Below, piece by piece: positions 37,801 to 46,971 of a DNA stretch of 64,000 nt. A model generated the notes under the pieces. It had not been told where the DNA came from and made no database searches. It worked only from the letters and a program-made list of their open reading frames with translations. Both the position numbers and the translations under genes were made by a program. The stretch spans positions 13,432-77,431 of the forward strand of contig PDRI01000096.1 in NCBI GenBank assembly GCA_002748055.1, read 5' to 3'. The number at the start of each line of letters is the position of its first letter. The stretch's first letter is position 1. The stretch is from Bacteroidota bacterium (GTDB lineage Bacteria > Bacteroidota > Bacteroidia > Bacteroidales > GCA-2748055).

Positions 37801-40449
37801 AACGACGCCGGCCAGGACGCCCCCGGTGGGGCTGAAATGCTCAGCTTCACCACAGACAAGTCTGCCTATGAGGTTGGTGAAGACATCTATCTAACTCTGC
37901 CCGATATTCAGGAAGGCCGGGCACTGGTAAGTGTGGAAAATGCATCGACCCGCCTCCGGAGTTTCTGGGTGGAGGCGCCTCTTGACGGAGCCCTTCAGAT
38001 TGAAGCCACTCCGGAGATGGCACCAAATGCCTACATCAATGTAAGCCTGGTCCAACCACACAGTTCATCCAACGACCGTCCCATCCGCATGTATGGCATA
38101 CAGCAGGTAAAGGTAAGCGATGCCAACAGCATCCTCAAACCCCGGCTTGAAATGCCGGATGTTCTGGAACCCGAAGCGGAAGTTACGATGAAGATTTCTG
38201 AAGAAAGTGGCCGGGCCATGACCTACACCATTGCTGTGGTGGACGAAGGGCTGCTCGATCTCACCCGCTTTCGGACACCTGATCTGTGGCACTTGTTCAA
38301 TGCAAGGGAAGCCCTGGGCATCCGGACCTGGGACATGTATAAATATGTCATGGGAGCGCTCGGGGGAGAAATGGCCGGCCTTCTGTCTGTCGGGGGAGAT
38401 GAATACCAGGAAGAAGACGGCAGCAGCAACGCAAGCCGGTTTAAACCCGTGGTGAAGTTCCTTGGCCCCTTCGAGCTGAAAGCCGGAAAAGAACAAAGCC
38501 ACCGTTTCACCATGCCCAACTATGTGGGTTCGGTGCGTACGATGGTAGTAGCCAGCCACTCCGGTGCCTATGGCAGTACCGAAAAGACCACAGCTGTTAA
38601 GAAACCCCTGATGGTCCTGGCCACACTGCCACGCATCGCCGGACCCAATGAGACCATCTCACTACCTGTCAGTGTTTTCTCCATGGAACCCGGAAGCCGT
38701 GAGGTAGAGGTCAGTCTCAAAACCAATAGCCTGTTTAGGATTGAAGGCCCGGAAAAACAGACCCTCCGCTTCGAAGAAGAAGGTGAACAAATGTGTTGGT
38801 TCTCTCTTAAGGTGGCACAGAAAACGGGTGAAGGGACAGTGGAGCTAAGCGCGAAAAGTGGCTCGGAAGAAGCCAATCATGAAACCAGCCTGATAATCCG
38901 CCTGCCCAATCCCTCCATTACCAAAGTAGAGGACGCCATGCTTGATCCGGGCAAGAACTGGAAAGGCAACTATGATGGTTTCGGCCTGGAAGGCAGTAAC
39001 CAGGCGGTCCTCGAGATCTCAACCATCCCTCCCATGCACCTTTCGCGTCGACTCGGCTTCCTGATGAACTATCCCCACGGCTGCATCGAACAGACGACTT
39101 CAGCCGTATTTCCCCAGCTCTACCTCGACAAGCTCATGGAATTAGACGACCAGCAAAAAGGAGAGATCCAACGCAATGTGGAAGCCGGTATAAAGCGCAT
39201 CCAGAGTTTCCAATTGCCCGATGGAGGACTCAGCTACTGGCCGGGCAGCGGCTATTCAGCAAGTACCTGGGGCAGTAGCTATGCCGGGCACTTCATGCTC
39301 GAAGCCCGTAACCGGGGTTATAAACTTCCCACAGGTTTCATGGAAAACTGGATCCGTTTTCAGACCAGACGAGCCAACAGCTGGAACCGTACTGTAAGAG
39401 AGGGATGGCTTCCCAGCAGCAGCGAGCTGGACCAGGCTTACCGCCTCTACACCCTGGCCCTGGCAAAAAAACCAGCCATGGGAGCAATGAACCGGCTCAG
39501 GGAACATAAAGAATTGTCGAACACCACGCGCTGGACCCTGGCCGGAGCTTATGCACTGGCCGGGAGGAAGGATGCTGCAAGACAACTCATCGCTGAGGCT
39601 TCAAACGATATAAAGGCCTATCGTGAACCCGGACCAACCTTCGGCAGTACATTGAGAGACAGGGCAATGATCCTTGAAGTGATGAATGCCATGGAAAATG
39701 GAGAAGCCATAGGGGACCTGATCAACGACCTGGCAAAAAGCATGGCTTCCGACAACTGGTACAGCACACAGACCACCGCTTTCGTGTTAACCGCCCTTGC
39801 CCGAAGTACGGGAAGTCATGAAAGCATGGAAAAAATCGGCTGCAATCTCAGGATTGGGGACCATAAAGAAAAGCTGAATTCCAAAATGCCCCTGGTCGAG
39901 CTTTCCCTCCCCTTTGATGGAGTCTCCGGACAACAGATTCGTGTCGACAATACGGGTGAAGGCCGGCTTTTCATCCACCTGAAACAGGAAGGGATCCCGC
40001 TTGATTCTAAACTTGAAAAAATGGAGAATGATCTTCGTATGCGGATAAGCTATCTCGACCTTGAAGGTCGCCGAATTGATCCTTCGCAGCTGGTTCAGGG
40101 CAGCGATTTCATGGTCAGGGTCGATCTCGAACATCCAGGTATTCGAAGCGCCTACAGGGAACTGGCCCTTGAGCAGCGCTTCCCCTCGGGCTGGGAGATT
40201 CGGAACCTGCGCCTCGACGAAATGTCGCTGCCGGTAGATGCCGATCAGCCCGATTACCAGGACATTCGGGACGACAGGGTTTACAGCTATTTCGACCTGG
40301 AACCGGGTGAGCGAAAAAGCTTCTACTTTTTGCTGAACGCCAGCTATGAAGGACGTTTCTTCCTGCCGGCTGTGAGCTGCGAAGCCATGTATGACAAAAC
40401 AATTGGAGCAGTTGAACCAGGGAAATGGGTGGAGGTTATTCGCCCCTGA
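34882..40449 (+). CDS. bacterial alpha-2-macroglobulin (YfhM-type) lipoprotein with thioester motif
   Basis: 1855 aa with lipobox LILIAC. CIEQ thioester codons at 39082-39093, in frame. MG-domain repeats. pbpC lies immediately downstream. Confidence 0.9.
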   Translation: MKRVYPLLLGLLILIACNEKKPQSPTEIDTAFTSYVSGFTSGVVSTTADISIRLVSELPESQRNELLEKALFQIRPALKGTLVWLDNRTLAFRPEHKMEPGTNYSCRFRLDKLLDVPARLGTLEFEFRTMAQAMAVEIGGMTCLDEEDLSWQQLSGILRTADFADAEAIEQSLEGRQKGRMLGIEWTHSEDGRTHAFRIDSIARNDEKGELNLQWKGEALGCRDEGSETVSIPALNEFTLMKVNVVQQPEQYISVFFSDPVRRNQELNGLIYLSTEDALNFERRGNEVRLHPQNRLEGDKILYIDRGLRNSLGYALPKEYREELQFTSLDPAVELIGDGVILPGNEGWAFPFRAVNLSAVNLKIIRIYEENIPQFFQVNQYSGRDELSRVGRLVLKKEIKLTADRPIDYGKWNLFSLDLSELIKAAPGDMFHISLSFDRSQSLLPCAKEGADDSLRDENESGHGVSGSDDPEMAVYDNPVSDGYYWNDWEDFNWYERDDPCTDAYYIYKKNQHELERNVLASNLGIIAKHGEGQSLFVAVTDLVNANPLSNVEIEIYNYQHRLLGNAKTDQQGMAEIPLDRKPFLLIAKHGAQRGYLRLDDGSSLSTSMFDVSGQRNERGIEGHLYGERGVWRPGDSLYLTFVLEDPLGQLPQDHPVRFELYSPDMHLQQSRTLTHNLNGVYDFRTATEPDAVTGTWLAKIRVGGQNFSKTLRIETVKPNRLKIGLNFDNPILQQGRNPGTIQARWLHGATAGDLNADIELELKAANTPFPDYPDYHFNDPSKSFESTARQIYSGRLDAGGEARISALIDVEDQAPGMLQARFKTRVFERSGDFSVDRQNVPFAPYHRFVGVKVPKGPGWNGALYSNESNMIPIVSVDAHGRPVDISNLRVEIFDVNWRWWWDRDQSDDLGSFVRNRSEHLVRSGRIATVNGKAMYELRFDEEQWGRKLIRISDPNGGHSCGQTFYVSYKGYWNDAGQDAPGGAEMLSFTTDKSAYEVGEDIYLTLPDIQEGRALVSVENASTRLRSFWVEAPLDGALQIEATPEMAPNAYINVSLVQPHSSSNDRPIRMYGIQQVKVSDANSILKPRLEMPDVLEPEAEVTMKISEESGRAMTYTIAVVDEGLLDLTRFRTPDLWHLFNAREALGIRTWDMYKYVMGALGGEMAGLLSVGGDEYQEEDGSSNASRFKPVVKFLGPFELKAGKEQSHRFTMPNYVGSVRTMVVASHSGAYGSTEKTTAVKKPLMVLATLPRIAGPNETISLPVSVFSMEPGSREVEVSLKTNSLFRIEGPEKQTLRFEEEGEQMCWFSLKVAQKTGEGTVELSAKSGSEEANHETSLIIRLPNPSITKVEDAMLDPGKNWKGNYDGFGLEGSNQAVLEISTIPPMHLSRRLGFLMNYPHGCIEQTTSAVFPQLYLDKLMELDDQQKGEIQRNVEAGIKRIQSFQLPDGGLSYWPGSGYSASTWGSSYAGHFMLEARNRGYKLPTGFMENWIRFQTRRANSWNRTVREGWLPSSSELDQAYRLYTLALAKKPAMGAMNRLREHKELSNTTRWTLAGAYALAGRKDAARQLIAEASNDIKAYREPGPTFGSTLRDRAMILEVMNAMENGEAIGDLINDLAKSMASDNWYSTQTTAFVLTALARSTGSHESMEKIGCNLRIGDHKEKLNSKMPLVELSLPFDGVSGQQIRVDNTGEGRLFIHLKQEGIPLDSKLEKMENDLRMRISYLDLEGRRIDPSQLVQGSDFMVRVDLEHPGIRSAYRELALEQRFPSGWEIRNLRLDEMSLPVDADQPDYQDIRDDRVYSYFDLEPGERKSFYFLLNASYEGRFFLPAVSCEAMYDKTIGAVEPGKWVEVIRP

Positions 40450-40459
40450 GCAGTCCCGG

Positions 40460-42823
40460 ATGCCGATAAGGGCCTGGCTGTTTCGAAAGCGCTACCTCCT
40501 TGCAGCTTTGTTGCTACTGATGGTGGGCTTCTTCTGCCTTCCGGTAGTGGAGTTTGAGGACCCTACAAACACCGTGTTGGAGGATGCAGATGGAACACTG
40601 CTGTCGGCAAGGATCACCTCCGACGGCCAGTGGCGTTTCCCGGCTTCCGACAGCCTGCCTCACAAAGTAGCCACCTGCATCCGCTACTTCGAGGATGAAT
40701 ATTTCTACCGTCATCCCGGGCTAAACCCGGTATCCTTATTCAAGGCTCTGTTTCGGAACATCAGTGCTGGCAGAGTAGTCAGCGGGGGAAGCACCCTGAG
40801 TATGCAGGTGGTTCGCCTTTCCCGAAAAGGCCGGAAACGAACCCTTGGCCAAAAAATCATTGAAATCGTGCTGGCCCTGCGAATGGAGCTCGCCCTGAGC
40901 AAGGAAGAAATCTTCCTGCTCTATGCCTCTCATGCGCCTTTTGGGAGCAATGTAGTGGGACTCGATGCAGCCGCCTGGCGATACTACGGTCGGGCTGCCT
41001 CCACACTCTCATGGGGCGAGTCGGCTACCCTGGCTGTTTTACCGAATGCCCCCGCCCTCATCTATCCGGGCAAAGGCCGGCAGGCCTTGCTCAACAAGCG
41101 CAATCGTCTGCTTCAAAAACTGGTGGAAAAGGGAGAGTTGGATCAGCTCAGTGCCAATCTGGCCATGTCCGAGGCCCTTCCAGGAAAGCCCCTGCCCCTG
41201 CCCGACCTCTTACCTCACCTGCTCGAGCGATGCGAATCCGAGGGACATGGAGGAGAAAGACTGAGTACCACCATCGACCTGCACCTGCAAGAACAACTCA
41301 ATGCATTGATCCATCGCCATCACCTTCAGCTAAGGCAAAACGAAATACAGAATGCAGCCATTCTGGTGCTGGACGTGCGATCCGCTACCGTGCTGGCCTA
41401 TGTTGGCAATACAAGGGATGAAAGCGAAGGCAGTGGAAGGCATGTCGATATCATCGACGCGCCCCGAAGCTCCGGCAGCATCCTGAAGCCCCTGCTCTAT
41501 ACCATGATGCTGGATGAAGGCAAGCTGCTTCCCCGGATGCTTGTCCCCGATGTGCCCACCTACATGTCGGGGTACAGCCCACTAAACTTCGATCACAGTT
41601 ACAGCGGTGCCGTAGCTGCCAACAGGGCACTGGTGCGTTCATTGAATATCCCGGCTGTACGCATGCTCAGAGATTTTGGTCTGGAAAAATTTCATGCCCG
41701 CTTGCAGGAACTTCAGTTCAGCACCATAAACCAGCGCCCCGGACACTACGGCCTCACCCTCATACTTGGTGGCGCGGAGGTCAGGCTCTGGGACATCTGC
41801 CGGGTTTATGCCGGCATGGCACGCACGCTCAATAAAATCGAGGAACTCGACTATCGCTACGATCCAATGGCTTATGATGCACCCGACTATATCCGTAAAG
41901 CTACTGACCCGATGATCCCTAAAGGGCCCGTAACCAAAACACAGGGCATCATGAGTGCCGCTGCAATCTGGCAATGCATGGAAACCCTGACCGAGTTGGA
42001 ACGCCCCTCCGTAGAAGGACAGTGGGAACGCTTTAGGTCGTCCAGGAGGATTGCATGGAAAACAGGCACCAGCTTCGGCTTCCGTGATGCGTGGGCCGTG
42101 GGGGTAAGCCCCGAATACGTGGTAGGGGTCTGGGTAGGCAATGCCGACGGGGAAGGTCGTCCGGGACTAACGGGCCTCCAGGCAGCCGCGCCACTCATGT
42201 TCGATGCCTTTGCCCTCCTTCCCCCGACGAGCTGGTTCCAAACACCTCTCGATGAGCTTTACGAAATAAGCATTTGTACTAAAAGCGGTTTCCAGGCGGG
42301 ACCTGATTGTCCGGAGCGTACAAAGACCCTGGCGACGGAGAAAGGCCTGCGGGCCGCAAGCTGCCCCTTTCACCGCAAAATCCACCTCGATCGCACTGGG
42401 GCCTGCCGGGTCCACAGCAATTGCTATCCCGTCCATGACATCCGGACCGAAGCCTGGTTCGTCCTTCCCCCTCTCATGGAATGGTACTTTAAGAAGCAAA
42501 ACCCGGGCTACCGGAGTCTCCCGCCCTACCTATCGGGTTGTGAGTCCGGACAGGAGGGTGCTATGGAGATGATCTATCCACCCCAGGGCCACCAGCTTTT
42601 CATTCCGAGACAATTGGATGGCACGCTTAGCCGCATCGTACTGGAAGTAGCCCACCGTAAACCCGCCACAAGCATTTACTGGCATCTCGACGATCACTAT
42701 CTGGGCAAAACAAAGCAAATCCACCAGATGGAATGCCTTGCTGAAGAAGGATGGCACAATCTGGTACTGGTCGATGCCAGGGGCGAAGTCCTGGAAAAGC
42801 ACTTCGAAATCGTGGGCCGATAA
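40460..42823 (+). CDS. pbpC: penicillin-binding protein 1C
   Basis: ATG at 40460, 10 nt after the A2M stop. Glycosyltransferase motif RYFEDEYFYRHPGLNP, transpeptidase SGSILKP (SxxK), and a C-terminal PbpC-specific domain. Confidence 0.9.
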   Translation: MPIRAWLFRKRYLLAALLLLMVGFFCLPVVEFEDPTNTVLEDADGTLLSARITSDGQWRFPASDSLPHKVATCIRYFEDEYFYRHPGLNPVSLFKALFRNISAGRVVSGGSTLSMQVVRLSRKGRKRTLGQKIIEIVLALRMELALSKEEIFLLYASHAPFGSNVVGLDAAAWRYYGRAASTLSWGESATLAVLPNAPALIYPGKGRQALLNKRNRLLQKLVEKGELDQLSANLAMSEALPGKPLPLPDLLPHLLERCESEGHGGERLSTTIDLHLQEQLNALIHRHHLQLRQNEIQNAAILVLDVRSATVLAYVGNTRDESEGSGRHVDIIDAPRSSGSILKPLLYTMMLDEGKLLPRMLVPDVPTYMSGYSPLNFDHSYSGAVAANRALVRSLNIPAVRMLRDFGLEKFHARLQELQFSTINQRPGHYGLTLILGGAEVRLWDICRVYAGMARTLNKIEELDYRYDPMAYDAPDYIRKATDPMIPKGPVTKTQGIMSAAAIWQCMETLTELERPSVEGQWERFRSSRRIAWKTGTSFGFRDAWAVGVSPEYVVGVWVGNADGEGRPGLTGLQAAAPLMFDAFALLPPTSWFQTPLDELYEISICTKSGFQAGPDCPERTKTLATEKGLRAASCPFHRKIHLDRTGACRVHSNCYPVHDIRTEAWFVLPPLMEWYFKKQNPGYRSLPPYLSGCESGQEGAMEMIYPPQGHQLFIPRQLDGTLSRIVLEVAHRKPATSIYWHLDDHYLGKTKQIHQMECLAEEGWHNLVLVDARGEVLEKHFEIVGR

Positions 42824-42825
42824 AC

Positions 42826-43539
42826 CTATTCCATAGAAAAGAGCGCGTCATCGAGATTGGTGTTGAACCTGACCTCGTCGAAAGTCCACGACATTATAGT
42901 CTGGCCACCAACCTTTTGTGTAGTCGACATGGGCATCATATACCCCTCGATGCGCTTATAGTCACTCATATGTGCTTCCACCTCCATTGCTGTACCATTC
43001 ACGGGTGCAGTGGCTTTCACCATCACAATCAGATAGCTCTCCTTGTCGATGTAGTACTTTTCATCATCGCCACCGGCCTTGGTCAGTTTCAGAACGTAGC
43101 TTGCTTTACCATGAACATCCTCTTCGCCAACAAGCTCCACTTTGTGCCCCTTTTGCGCATAGTCCCAGAGTTTGCCATCCATATCGGCCGACTCCATAAA
43201 GCCATCGGCCTCTGCACCCGACATAGCCACCGGCACAGATGAACCCGTCATCGGGTTAATCGTCCATGCAGTTTTCCCATCATAGCCCGTAATTATTTCC
43301 ATGCCCTGCAGCTCAATCACCATACGCAATTTATGCGGACGCTTGGCCATCATGTGAATGCCTGTTGACATTCCCATCATTGAAGCAGAACCCCGGGCAT
43401 CAATGGTTTTGATCTTACTCAGCTTATCCTGGCCGATGGCCCTGAAATGCTTGTCCAGGATCTTATCAGCATCCTGGGCCATAGAAACACTCATGGCTGC
43501 AAAGGCCATGAAAACTGAAAGTGAAATTGCTTTTTTCAT
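42826..43539 (-). CDS. LolA-like outer-membrane lipoprotein-sorting family protein
   Basis: ATG at 43539 gives MKKAISLSVFMAFAAMSVSMAQ. About 235 aa, Met-rich, beta-rich, LolA-fold-like sequence. Divergent from tetR. Confidence 0.5.
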   Translation of the reverse strand: MKKAISLSVFMAFAAMSVSMAQDADKILDKHFRAIGQDKLSKIKTIDARGSASMMGMSTGIHMMAKRPHKLRMVIELQGMEIITGYDGKTAWTINPMTGSSVPVAMSGAEADGFMESADMDGKLWDYAQKGHKVELVGEEDVHGKASYVLKLTKAGGDDEKYYIDKESYLIVMVKATAPVNGTAMEVEAHMSDYKRIEGYMMPMSTTQKVGGQTIMSWTFDEVRFNTNLDDALFSME

Positions 43540-43690
43540 TGTAGTCTGTTGAAATGAATAATCGAATCCCCTAAGGCAACAACCAAATATACGGCCTTTT
43601 TCTGAACGGTGCTCACCGGGAATCATCCCCTAAACAAAATGCTGATTTCAAAAAAAATGCAAAAAAATTTACGGATTGAAAAAAAAGCAA

Positions 43691-43698
43691 TACTTTTG
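43691..43698 (+). promoter_or_regulatory. Bacteroidota -7 promoter box (TAnnTTTG) for tetR
   Basis: TACTTTTG lies 26 nt upstream of the tetR ATG (43724). Confidence 0.4.
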
Positions 43699-43723
43699 GA
43701 CTGTTTTATTCTATTAGTCGAAT

Positions 43724-44311
43724 ATGAGAAAAGAAAACACATCCCTCGACATTGTCCATGCAGCTAAATCGGTCTTCGCCCGATTCGGCTTCAAAAAAAC
43801 CAGCATGGATATGATTGCCCGGAGCATTGGCAAGGGGAAAAGTTCGATCTACTATTATTTTAAAAGCAAGGAGGACATCTTCCAGGCCGTAGTTGAGCAG
43901 GAAGCAATCGAACTCAAAAACGAAATATACCACGCAGTCAACAGTGTAGAGTTGCCGCGACAAAAGCTAAAGACCTACATCCTTACCCGTCTTAAAACAC
44001 TTGAAAAAATGGACAACCTGAGCAATGCGCTGCGGGGTGACTATCTGTCGAACCTGCACTTCATTAACCAGGTCAAAGCCCGTTACAGGGCCGAAGAAAT
44101 GGAAATGGTCAGCGAAATTCTGCTATACGGCCAACAGAGAGGAAAATTTGAATTCGAAAACGTCAGGGAAGTCGCGAAACCCATTGTTTTGGCAATCAGC
44201 GGCCTCGAAATGGAATACTTTATAAACCCCATGAAAGAAGACATGAACGAGATGGAACGAAACCTGGACCTCTTGCTGGATGTCTTTTTCAAAGGACTAA
44301 GCAAATCATAA
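43724..44311 (+). CDS. TetR/AcrR-family transcriptional regulator
   Basis: N-terminal HTH FGFKKTSMDMIARSIGKGKSSIYYYFKSKEDIF. 195 aa. Confidence 0.85.
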   Translation: MRKENTSLDIVHAAKSVFARFGFKKTSMDMIARSIGKGKSSIYYYFKSKEDIFQAVVEQEAIELKNEIYHAVNSVELPRQKLKTYILTRLKTLEKMDNLSNALRGDYLSNLHFINQVKARYRAEEMEMVSEILLYGQQRGKFEFENVREVAKPIVLAISGLEMEYFINPMKEDMNEMERNLDLLLDVFFKGLSKS

Positions 44312-44315
44312 TTTT

Positions 44316-44361
44316 TTTGTCATTTTTTCGACTATTTGTCATTATTCGTCGATTCGACTAT
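44316..44361 (+). repeat. paired direct repeats in the tetR-tolC spacer (candidate operator)
   Basis: TTTGTCATT at 44316-44324 and 44335-44343. TTCGACTAT at 44327-44335 and 44353-44361. The 8-mer TTCGACTA also occurs inverted at 43715-43722, just before the tetR ATG. Confidence 0.5.
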
Positions 44362-44382
44362 ATCACTAATCATACCATTCAC

Positions 44383-45903
44383 ATGAAAAAACAAGCATTC
44401 ATTCAACACCGGCCCGGGACGAAGTCCTTTCTTCTCCTGAGTACCGGTCTGCTGACCCTCGCCACGCTCAGTGCACAGGAAAGCCTGTCGCTTGAAGAAT
44501 GTCGCGCCCGGGTCCTCGAACACAACCATGAAATCGTACTTTCGGGCCATGCCAAAGACGAAGCCCATGAGGCCTATGAATCGGCCCGGACTCAGCTCTT
44601 ACCAAGGGTATCGGCCACTGCGGCCTATACTTACCTGAACAAGCCCATCAGCTACGACATCAGCATCCCGGAACTTCATCTGCCGGTGGGTTCTCTCGCA
44701 CCAGACGGTTCCTGGACCATTACCCCGGAAGATACCAAGAACACCTGGGTTCCCATGGGGGAAAGCTACGTGCCTCTTGATGCCAATGGTGCACCCTTCG
44801 ATCCCAGAGAGGAGCCCGAAAAGCTTATCATCGCCGATTGGGTCAATGTTCCTGCCACGGATACTTCCCTGAGTCTGGGTCGACACAATTACATGCTGGG
44901 GAGTGTGAACCTGACCCAACCCATCTATATGGGAGGGAAAATCAGACAGGGAATTAAAATGGCTGAGTATGCTGAAAATATAGCAACAGCTGCCATGCAG
45001 GGTACCCGATCCGAGATCCTCTATCGCACCGATGAGGCTTACTACCGCATCCTCACCCTCGAGGAAAAACACAGGCTTGTCCGATCGGCCATCGAAATGC
45101 TGGAAACCCTTCAGCAGGATCTCCAAAACTATTACGACGAGGGCCTGATTAACAGGAACGATCTGCTGAAGGTGGGAGTTAAACTCAACGAGGCCCGGCT
45201 AAATCAACAAAAGGTAGAGAACGGGATCCAGCTTTCAGTGATGGTCCTGAATCAGATGATGGGATCGGCACTTGACACACCGCTTGAACTTAGTGATAGC
45301 ATAAGTATAAAACTGCTCTCGCTAAATGCTGAAGACTATCGGTCAAAAGCCCTGGAAAACCGCTATGAAATCAAAGCCCTGAGGGAAAAACAAAAGATAG
45401 AAGAAGCCAAGGTCCAAATCGCCCGTTCCCGCTACCTGCCAAATGTGGTGGCCAACGCCAACTACTTTGTCCTTACACCGAACCCCTATGACAGCTTTAA
45501 GGAAAATTTCGGTGCTGACTGGAGCGTGGAACTGGCCGCCAACATTCCCATCTTTCACTGGGGTGACCGGCGACACACCACCAATGCAGCCAAAATCGCT
45601 CAAACCTCAACAAATATTCGCTTGGAACAAGCCAATGAGCTCATCAGCCTGCAGGTGGAGCAAGCCCTGGTACATTGCCGCGAAAGTGTCAGTACCGTCC
45701 TTCTGGCCGAAAAAAACATTGAGCAGGCTGAGGAGAACCTGCGCATCCACCAGGAAAACCTGTCAGAAGGCATGGCCACGGTCACCGAGGTGCTTGAGGC
45801 AGAACTCATGTGGCAAAAGAGCCATGAAGAACTGATCAATGCTCGATCCGAGATGCAGATGGCCTTTACCCATCTCGATAAAGTAAGTGGAACAATCAAC
45901 TAA
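44383..45903 (+). CDS. TolC-family outer-membrane efflux protein
   Basis: ATG at 44383 gives MKKQAFIQ. Signal peptide and two coiled-coil OMF repeats. Confidence 0.8.
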   Translation: MKKQAFIQHRPGTKSFLLLSTGLLTLATLSAQESLSLEECRARVLEHNHEIVLSGHAKDEAHEAYESARTQLLPRVSATAAYTYLNKPISYDISIPELHLPVGSLAPDGSWTITPEDTKNTWVPMGESYVPLDANGAPFDPREEPEKLIIADWVNVPATDTSLSLGRHNYMLGSVNLTQPIYMGGKIRQGIKMAEYAENIATAAMQGTRSEILYRTDEAYYRILTLEEKHRLVRSAIEMLETLQQDLQNYYDEGLINRNDLLKVGVKLNEARLNQQKVENGIQLSVMVLNQMMGSALDTPLELSDSISIKLLSLNAEDYRSKALENRYEIKALREKQKIEEAKVQIARSRYLPNVVANANYFVLTPNPYDSFKENFGADWSVELAANIPIFHWGDRRHTTNAAKIAQTSTNIRLEQANELISLQVEQALVHCRESVSTVLLAEKNIEQAEENLRIHQENLSEGMATVTEVLEAELMWQKSHEELINARSEMQMAFTHLDKVSGTIN

Positions 45904-45916
45904 TAACAAAATAACC

Positions 45917-46957
45917 ATGAAAAGAAACAGTCTCATCATGCTGCTTTCAGCCGCCGTACTAAGCAGCGCATGCAGCGAAGAAAAACGCGTTGAAACACAA
46001 TCATCTGAACCGGTAATGGTCCTTACCGGTACTGCAAAAGAAATTGAATACCGTCCAAGCATGGACTATGCAGGAACCGCCCTGCCCTTTCGCGAGGCCA
46101 ATCTGGGCTCTCCATTACCCGGCAGGGTCGAAAAACTGTATTACGAAAGCAACGACTATGTGAAGAAAGGAGCGCTGATTGCCAGCCTCTCCCAGAATAT
46201 GCTCGACCAGACCAAGGCCGAACTCGATGCCGTAAAAAAAGACTACGAAAGGGTACAGCGGCTTCAGCAAAAAGGAAGCCTGACCCAGCAGGACCTGGAT
46301 CACATCAGTGCAAAGCTGGAGGCCACCGAAGCCAAAAACAGCATGTTTGCCAGCTTCTCCGAAATCAGGGCTCCCTTTAGTGGCAAAATTGTTGGCTTCC
46401 TGGTCAACGAAGGAGAAGTCTTTACCATCGCCCCGGGCCTGCAGCCAGGTTATTCGATGACCTCCGGTATAGTCCGCCTGATGCAAATCGACAAAATAAA
46501 GGTCTGTGTCGAAATCAATGAAAAGGACTATGCAGCAGTGAAATCCGGCATGGAAGTGCGGGTTTTCCTGGATGCCTATCCGGACCGTGTATTCACAGGC
46601 AAGGTGCTAAAAAAGGCTGATTTCCTTTCCACCGTAACCCACACCGCTGAAGTGGAGATCGTTGTGAACAACAAGGAAGAGCTCATCAAGCCCGGTATGT
46701 TTGCCAGGGTAGAAATTGAAAAAGAAGCCAGGCCGGCCGTCTTTGTACCCCAGGAGGCCATTTACAAACTTGAAGGGACCAGTGAGGAGTTCCTTTACCT
46801 CCTTGAAGCCGAGAACCGTGTACGCAGAATGCCGGTTGTCAGGGAAGGTTTCAAAGCCGACCTGGTAGCTGTAAAAGGCCTGAAAGACGGGCAGACCGTC
46901 CTGATCAGCGGACAAAGAAAAGTAAATGATGGCGATCAGGTACGGATCGCTGAATAA
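45917..46957 (+). CDS. efflux RND periplasmic adaptor subunit
   Basis: ATG at 45917 gives MKRNSLIMLLSAAVLSSAC (lipobox). HlyD/MFP-like barrel-sandwich and coiled-coil. Confidence 0.8.
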   Translation: MKRNSLIMLLSAAVLSSACSEEKRVETQSSEPVMVLTGTAKEIEYRPSMDYAGTALPFREANLGSPLPGRVEKLYYESNDYVKKGALIASLSQNMLDQTKAELDAVKKDYERVQRLQQKGSLTQQDLDHISAKLEATEAKNSMFASFSEIRAPFSGKIVGFLVNEGEVFTIAPGLQPGYSMTSGIVRLMQIDKIKVCVEINEKDYAAVKSGMEVRVFLDAYPDRVFTGKVLKKADFLSTVTHTAEVEIVVNNKEELIKPGMFARVEIEKEARPAVFVPQEAIYKLEGTSEEFLYLLEAENRVRRMPVVREGFKADLVAVKGLKDGQTVLISGQRKVNDGDQVRIAE

Positions 46958-46971
46958 GAAAGAATGAAGCC

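Noticed and set aside
40391-40459. Upstream extension of pbpC overlapping the A2M 3' end by 59 nt
   Set aside because: The ATG at 40460 follows the A2M stop by 10 nt and gives the usual basic/hydrophobic PBP1C membrane anchor. The extension (MTKQLEQLNQGNGW...) has no signal-like features.
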